Below are positions 41,370 to 43,544 of a DNA stretch of 43,544 nucleotides, one piece after another. This stretch comes from a virus. The position numbers and the translations under genes are program-made. The DNA lies in the IMG/VR virus record IMGVR_UViG_3300009086_000001, one strand, 5' to 3'. Every line of letters begins with the position of its first letter. The stretch's first letter is position 1. The notes under the pieces are model-generated. The model was not told the origin of the DNA, made no database searches, and saw only the letters and a list, made by a program, of their open reading frames with translations.

Positions 41370-42064
41370 TGGGTGGCGGAGTAGGAGCAGCATTTGGTGG
41401 AGCTGGAGCAGGATTAGCAGGTAATCTTATAGGTGGTAATTTTGCAAGTAAAGCAGCAAGTAAACAAAGAAAAGGATTATCCGCTTTAAGCGGACAGATA
41501 CAATCTAGGGTTGCGGAAGATCAAGCAAGATTAGATCCTTTTGCACAAGTAGGGACAGAAGCCTTATCACCTCTTACAGGCTTAATTTTAGGCAAAAGAA
41601 GAACAGAAGAAGGGGAGTTTGAAGATATTTCACCTCAAGAAAGGCAAGCTTTATTTCAAGAATCACCAGCTTTTCAATTTCAACTAGAAGAAGGTCAAAA
41701 AGCATTAGAAAGATTAGGCTCTGCAACAGGTAATATATTTTCTGGTAGACAGATAAAAGCAACGCAAAGATTTGGCCAAGGTTTGGCATCTCAGGATTAT
41801 CAAAATTATTTAGGACAATTAAGTTCATTGGCGAACATGGGGCAGTCAGCAGCAACTCAACAAGGGAACTTTAGTATGAGTGCTTTATCTCCTCTTACTC
41901 AAATTGGTATGGGTACAGTAAGTACGCTTGGAACAGGTACTAGGGCGGCTGGTCAAGCATTCGGTCAATTTGGACAAGACTTAAAGAACATAGGAGGTTT
42001 TGCATCTACAGGTGGTTTTGGAGCGCCCAGCCCAGCTCCAACAACAGGTGCGGGGGGTTTTTAA
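41369..42064 (+). CDS. Gly-rich internal virion / ejection-like protein
   Basis: 231 aa with Gly-rich termini ('[23 protein letters not shown]', '...GGFGAPSPAPTTGAGGF') and TAATG junctions on both sides. Confidence 0.45.
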   Translation: MGGGVGAAFGGAGAGLAGNLIGGNFASKAASKQRKGLSALSGQIQSRVAEDQARLDPFAQVGTEALSPLTGLILGKRRTEEGEFEDISPQERQALFQESPAFQFQLEEGQKALERLGSATGNIFSGRQIKATQRFGQGLASQDYQNYLGQLSSLANMGQSAATQQGNFSMSALSPLTQIGMGTVSTLGTGTRAAGQAFGQFGQDLKNIGGFASTGGFGAPSPAPTTGAGGF

Positions 42065-43314
42065 TGACTAGAGATTTATTAAGTTCATTGGTTGCAGGGT
42101 CACAAGCTCGAGACGCTAGATTAGCCAATCAGGCAAACATAGACTTGCAAAGAGCAAAGTTAAGAAACGAAGTTTTAGCCGAGCAAAAAGCGCAAGCACA
42201 AAATGAATTATCTAATTTAGCAGTTCAGGGGGATTCAGCGGCATTTAATCAATTAGCAGCATTGAACCCTCAGAGAGCTAGTCAGATACAAGATTTTCAA
42301 ACAAGACAATCTGTAAGAAGTGGACAATTAGCGCAAGCAGCTTTAAACGCCCCAGCTCCACAAAGAGCCGCTATTTATCCAAGATTACTAGAGCAAGCAG
42401 CTTCAGAAGGTATTGATATTACAGGATTGCCAGCCCAATACTCACCAGAAGTAGAGCAGCAGTTAAAATTTATATCTAACGCAGGAAGAGGTATTGAACA
42501 GCAAATAGGTCAAAGACAAATTATGCAAACTGGGCAAGGTATAGCAACGATTGACCCACAAACAGGCGAAGCATTACCGGTCACTATGGGAGGTGAACGA
42601 CTAACTCCATTCATTAAGCCGCCTTCAACAGTAGTAAATGTTGGAGCTGGTGAAAAGGAGGAGCAAAAAGAATTGGGTAAAATTAGGGCTAAAAGATATG
42701 AAGCAATTCAACAATCTGGACAATCAGCGCAAAGAGGATTAGAAACATTAGAAACATTAAGACAGGCTGTGTCTAATCCTGACGCATCACAAGGTGCTTT
42801 TGCTGACCTAAAAGCTGAATCCAAGAAAATAGCAAATCTATTTGGAGTGAAAATTGAGGGGTTAGAAGATGATGCAGTTATAGCTGCACTAGGTAATAAA
42901 CTGGCTTTACAATTAAGAAGTCCAAAAGGAGAAGATGGAGGCTTAACAGGCTCAACATCTGATAGAGATTTAAGCTTCTTAGTTGCAGGTGTTCCAAATA
43001 GAAACAAAACTAGATCTCAGAACTTAGCTTTAATTGATATTGGCACAAGAGACAAACAAAGAACAGTTGAGATTGCTAGATTAGCTGACCAATACCTTGA
43101 AGAAAAAGGCACAATGTCTGGGTTTGGTAAAGTAAGAAGACAATTCTTGCAAGATAATCCATTATATCCAGAGGGTAGCCAAGAAAAAGAAGCTATAAAA
43201 AGAGCTTTAGAGGGTATGTCAGATCAACCATCTGTGCAAGAAGGTCAAATTATTCAGAACCCTACAACTGGTGAAAGAATGATATTAGAAGGGGGGCAAT
43301 GGCGGAAAATGTAA
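42064..43314 (+). CDS. Internal virion / ejection-like protein
   Basis: 416 aa, Gln/Ala-rich and helical, with no enzymatic motif. Confidence 0.45.
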   Translation: MTRDLLSSLVAGSQARDARLANQANIDLQRAKLRNEVLAEQKAQAQNELSNLAVQGDSAAFNQLAALNPQRASQIQDFQTRQSVRSGQLAQAALNAPAPQRAAIYPRLLEQAASEGIDITGLPAQYSPEVEQQLKFISNAGRGIEQQIGQRQIMQTGQGIATIDPQTGEALPVTMGGERLTPFIKPPSTVVNVGAGEKEEQKELGKIRAKRYEAIQQSGQSAQRGLETLETLRQAVSNPDASQGAFADLKAESKKIANLFGVKIEGLEDDAVIAALGNKLALQLRSPKGEDGGLTGSTSDRDLSFLVAGVPNRNKTRSQNLALIDIGTRDKQRTVEIARLADQYLEEKGTMSGFGKVRRQFLQDNPLYPEGSQEKEAIKRALEGMSDQPSVQEGQIIQNPTTGERMILEGGQWRKM

Positions 43315-43544
43315 CTATCCCACAAGGTTTTGAATTAGTGCAAGATCAACCAACTATTCCAGCAGGTTTTGAGATTGTCGAGCCAGAAGGCTTTTTAACT
43401 AAAGCTGGAAGATTCGCAGGACAGGCAGCTATGGAAATACCTGTCGGAATGGGGCAGTTAGCCGTTGGCGCAACTCAATTAGGGGCGGAGATATTAGGAG
43501 CAGAAGATTTTGCAGGAAGAATAGGGCAACAAGTTAAAAAAGAA
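43299..43544 (+). CDS. 5' part of the junction-spanning internal virion / ejection-like gene (continues at 1..1662)
   Basis: The ATG at 43299 overlaps the previous gene by 16 nt. 'MAENVTIPQGFELVQDQPTIPAGFEIVEPEGF...' runs in frame into the repeat, and therefore into base 1. Confidence 0.6.
   Translation, partial: MAENVTIPQGFELVQDQPTIPAGFEIVEPEGFLTKAGRFAGQAAMEIPVGMGQLAVGATQLGAEILGAEDFAGRIGQQVKKE
43422..43544. repeat. Terminal direct repeat, right copy; identical to 1..123
   Basis: Same 123-bp string as the start of the window, compared by eye. Confidence 0.95.

Noticed and set aside
54-43007. About 30 ORFs in the six-frame track that lie antisense to, or out of frame within, longer genes. 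Examples: 54..269, 309..635, 651..881, 1881..2159, 5799..6005, 7382..7564, 8009..8194, 8224..8478, 9864..10064, 11391..11603, 12461..12649, 13137..13358, 14066..14380, 15999..16187, 17463..17675, 18271..18462, 20005..20214, 20515..20748, 21759..21965, 22515..22721, 22870..23091, 27502..27708, 30471..30737, 30835..31062, 31573..31866, 34196..34405, 34549..34791, 34940..35158, 35714..35908, 39701..40051, 41003..41290, 41574..41855, 42708..43007.
   Set aside because: Each is fully overlapped by a longer ORF that fits the operon direction and tight start-stop coupling. Their translations are low-complexity (Ser/Leu/Phe/Ile-rich), as expected for shadow frames in AT-rich DNA.
1-43544. Lysogeny module, att site or mobile-element boundaries.
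   Set aside because: I recognised no integrase, recombinase, transposase or excisionase-integrase pair. The only long direct repeat is the 123-bp closure overlap.

Overview
The window is a complete, AT-rich tailed-phage genome. Bases 1-123 recur exactly at 43422-43544, so the unique length is 43,421 bp, the map closes into a circle, and one gene (43299..43544 plus 1..1662) spans the junction. Two divergent transcription units leave a control region at about 26.0-26.25 kb. The leftward arm (25948 down to 14118) carries small early ORFs, a possible replication organiser, a ParB-like plus PAPS-reductase-like pair (IbrB/IbrA or YbdM/YbdN type), RusA, RecT, a YqaJ-type exonuclease, XRE and LexA-N-terminal-like regulators, and SSB. 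The rightward arm (26274 through the junction to 14006) starts with about 20 small early or accessory ORFs. These include a pentapeptide-repeat protein, HTH regulators with a duplicated promoter-operator, and secreted Cys-rich peptides. They are followed by terminase, portal, a GroES homologue, scaffold, capsid, three large internal or ejection-like proteins and tail and fibre genes. The arm ends with an unusual lysis cassette (M15 peptidase, permuted papain-like hydrolase, coupled membrane ORFs, a beta-barrel OMP-like protein) and adhesin-like fibres. The two arms converge on a hairpin at about 14.09-14.12 kb. I found no rRNA, tRNA, CRISPR array, integrase, transposase, DNA polymerase, primase or replicative helicase. 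There is no tape-measure-sized gene, so a short-tailed virion is my inference. The OMP-like gene and the M15 peptidase suggest a Gram-negative host, but host identity cannot be read from the sequence. All family assignments come from motifs read by eye and recalled, not from searches. The items most worth follow-up are the ParB/PAPS-reductase pair, a GC-rich hexanucleotide repeat at 18498-18623 whose variable sites fit a different frame from the only ATG-initiated one, a pseudoknot-capable GC element at 24305-24346, the perfectly conserved 15-bp repeat array of the pentapeptide protein, and the duplicated palindromic promoter-operators around a 62-aa HTH.
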